Assembly: GCA_051313645.2 (NCBI GenBank)
Contig: JBNRSN020000022.1
Coordinates: 43,710,001-43,774,000 of the forward strand
DNA length: 64,000 nt
Source of the DNA: Centroscyllium fabricii
Lineage: Eukaryota
Reading direction: 5' to 3'
Position 1 is the stretch's first letter; each line of letters begins with the position of its first letter. Of this stretch, positions 61,800 through 64,000 are shown piece by piece. The notes under the pieces are model-generated. The model was given only the letters and a program-made list of their open reading frames with translations. It was not told the DNA's origin and searched no databases. The position numbers were made by a program, and so were the translations under genes.

Positions 61800-64000
61800 A
61801 ATTCTAAAAGGTCTAAGAGCGTTAAAAAAACAAGCCTGAAGGCTTTGTGTCTTAATGCGAGGAGCATTCGCAATAAGGTGGATGAATTAGCTGAGCAAAT
61901 AGAGGTAAACGAATATGATATGATTGGGATTACGGAAACATGGCTCCAGGGTGACCAAGGCTGGGAACTCAACATCCAGGGGTATTCAATATTCAGGAAA
62001 GATAGGCAAAAAGGAAAAGGAGGTGGGGTAGTATTGCTGGTTAAAGAGGGGATTAACACAATTGTGAGGAAGGTTAGCTTTGATGATGTGGAATCTGTAT
62101 GGGTAGAACTGAGAAATACCAAGGGGCAAAATACGTTAGTGGGAGTGGTATATAGACCCCCAAACAGTAATACGGAGGTTGGGGATGGCACTAAAAGGGA
62201 AATTAGAGAAGCGTGCAATAAGGGCACAGCAGTTATCATGGATGACTTTAATCTACATATAGATTGGGCTAACCAAATTAGTAACAATACTGTGGAGGAG
62301 GAATTCCTGGAGTGTATACAGGATGGTTTCCTGGACCAGTATGTCGAGGAACCAACTAGTGATCACACTATCTTAGACTGGGTATTATGTAATGAGAAAG
62401 GGTTAATTAGCAATCTTGTTGTGAGAGGCCCCTTGGGTCGGAGCGATCATAATATGATAGAATTCTTCATTAAAATGGAGAGTGAAGTAGTTGACTCAGA
62501 GACTAGGGTCCTGAATTTAAATAAAGGAAACTACGATGGTTTGAGGCGCGAGTTGGGTAGGATTGATTGGCGAATGTCACTCAAAGGGTTGACGGTGGAT
62601 AGGCAATGGCAAACATTTAAAGATCGCATGGATGAACTACAGAATTTGTTCATCCCAGTTTGGCATTAAAATAAAACAAAAAAGGTGACTCAACCGTGGC
62701 CGACAAGGACAATTAGGGATAGCATAAGATTCAAGGAGAGGACATATAAATTGGCCAGAAAATGCAGTAAACCTGAGGATTGGGAGCAGTTTCGGATTCA
62801 GCAAAGGAGGACAAATGGATTAATTAAGAGGGGGAAAATAGAGCATGGGAGTAAGCTTGTAGGGAACATAAAAACTGATTGTAAAAGCCTCTATAGATAT
62901 GTGAAGAGAAAAACGTTTGTGTGCTCTGTTTGTCTCTTTGCTGAGGTGAGATGTGGGAGATCAGATTTCTCTCTCCCTTCCATATGTGCGTTCTTTAAAT
63001 CAACTTCTCTTTCACCTGACAAAGGAGCAGCTGCTCCGAAAGCTTGTGATTTAAAATAAAACTGTTGGACTATAACCTGGTGTTGTGTGACTTCTTGCAT
63101 TTGTCCACCCCAGTCCAACACCGGCACCTCCACATCACAATTAAATACATACTTTGGTTCTGTCTTCACAAAAGAGGACACATACAACCTCCCAGGGATG
63201 TCAGGGAACAAAGGGGTAATGAGAGGGAGGAACTGAAAGAAATCAGTATTTGTAAGGAAATGGTGTTAGGGAAATTGACGGGATTGAAGGCCGATAAATC
63301 CCCAGGACCTGATAATCTACATCCTAGGGTATTTAAGGAAGTGGTCCTAGAAATAGTAGATGCATTGCTGGTCATCTTTCGGAATTCGATAGACTCTGGA
63401 ACAGTACCCGTGGATTGGAGGGTAGCTAATGTTACCCCACTATTCAAAAAAGGTGGTAGAGAGAAAACGGGGAATTATAGACCGGTAAGCCTGACATCAG
63501 TAGTAGGGAAAATGCTAGAGTCCATTATAAAGGATGTAATAGCAGAGCACTTGGAAAACAGTGACAGAATCGGCCAAAATCAACATGGAGTTACAAAAGG
63601 TAAATCGTGCTTGACTAATCTACTGGAATTTTTTGAGGATGTAACTGGTAAAATAGATAAGGGAGAACCAGTGGATGTGGTGTATTTGGATTTTCAGAAG
63701 GCTTTCGATTAAGTCCCGCATAAGAGATTAGCATGTAAAGTTAAGGCACATGGGATTGGTGGCAAGGTATTGACTTGGATAGAGAACTGGTTGGCAGACA
63801 GAAAGCAAAGAGTTGGAATAAACAGGTCTTTCTCCGAGTGGTAGGCAGTGACTAGTGGGGTACCGCAGGGATCGGTCCTTGGACCCCAGCTATTCACAAT
63901 ATATATTAATGATCTAGACGAGGGAACTAGGTGTAATATCTCCAGGTTTGCAGACGACACAAAGCTGGGTGGACATGTGTGCTGTGAGGAGGATGCCGAG
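61800..64000 (+). mobile_element. CR1 LINE ORF2 (APE endonuclease and RT), with stops, running off the window
   Basis: CLNARSIRNK, GITETWL, GVVYRPP, MDDFN, SDHNMI; PGPDNLHPRV, NYRPVSLTS, YLDFQKAFD. Confidence 0.92.
62915..63137 (+). mobile_element. Single-arm copy of the Penelope-like hammerhead element inserted in CR1
   Basis: Near-identical to 12293-12502; core TCAC-CTGACAA-A-GGAGC-AGCT-GCTCC-GAAA-GCTT-GTGA, with a G-to-A change in the CUGANGA box. Confidence 0.85.

Overview
Vertebrate genomic DNA, most likely an elasmobranch (shark/ray), inferred from HE1-type V-SINEs, HER1/CR1 LINE tails and a Deu-domain SINE. The only host gene recognised is ARID3A (Bright/DRIL1-like) on the minus strand. 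Its first coding exon is 49615-48857 (MKLQAV...WTYEEQFKQ|GT), followed by a 48,848-nt intron (48856-9); the next exon (AG|CTC TAC GA = L-Y-E) starts in the first 8 bases of the window. The rest is mostly nested transposable elements: many CR1 fragments, HE1-like SINEs, Penelope-like elements with minimal hammerhead-ribozyme cores, a TA-flanked Tigger/pogo-like MITE family rich in NRF1/YY1-like motifs, Harbinger-like MITEs, an RTE fragment, and a near-intact Gypsy provirus nested in a Mag-clade Gypsy provirus upstream of the ARID3A coding exon. Most short ORFs in the track are repeat-derived or spurious. No CRISPR, rRNA or functional tRNA gene is supported. The most unusual structures are a TSD-flanked hairpin element with hammerhead cores on both strands, the promoter-motif MITE family with exchangeable interiors, a 156-bp inverted duplication at a CR1 insertion, and SINE insertions that appear to carry flanking DNA. 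Family names come from motif recognition only; no database searches were run.
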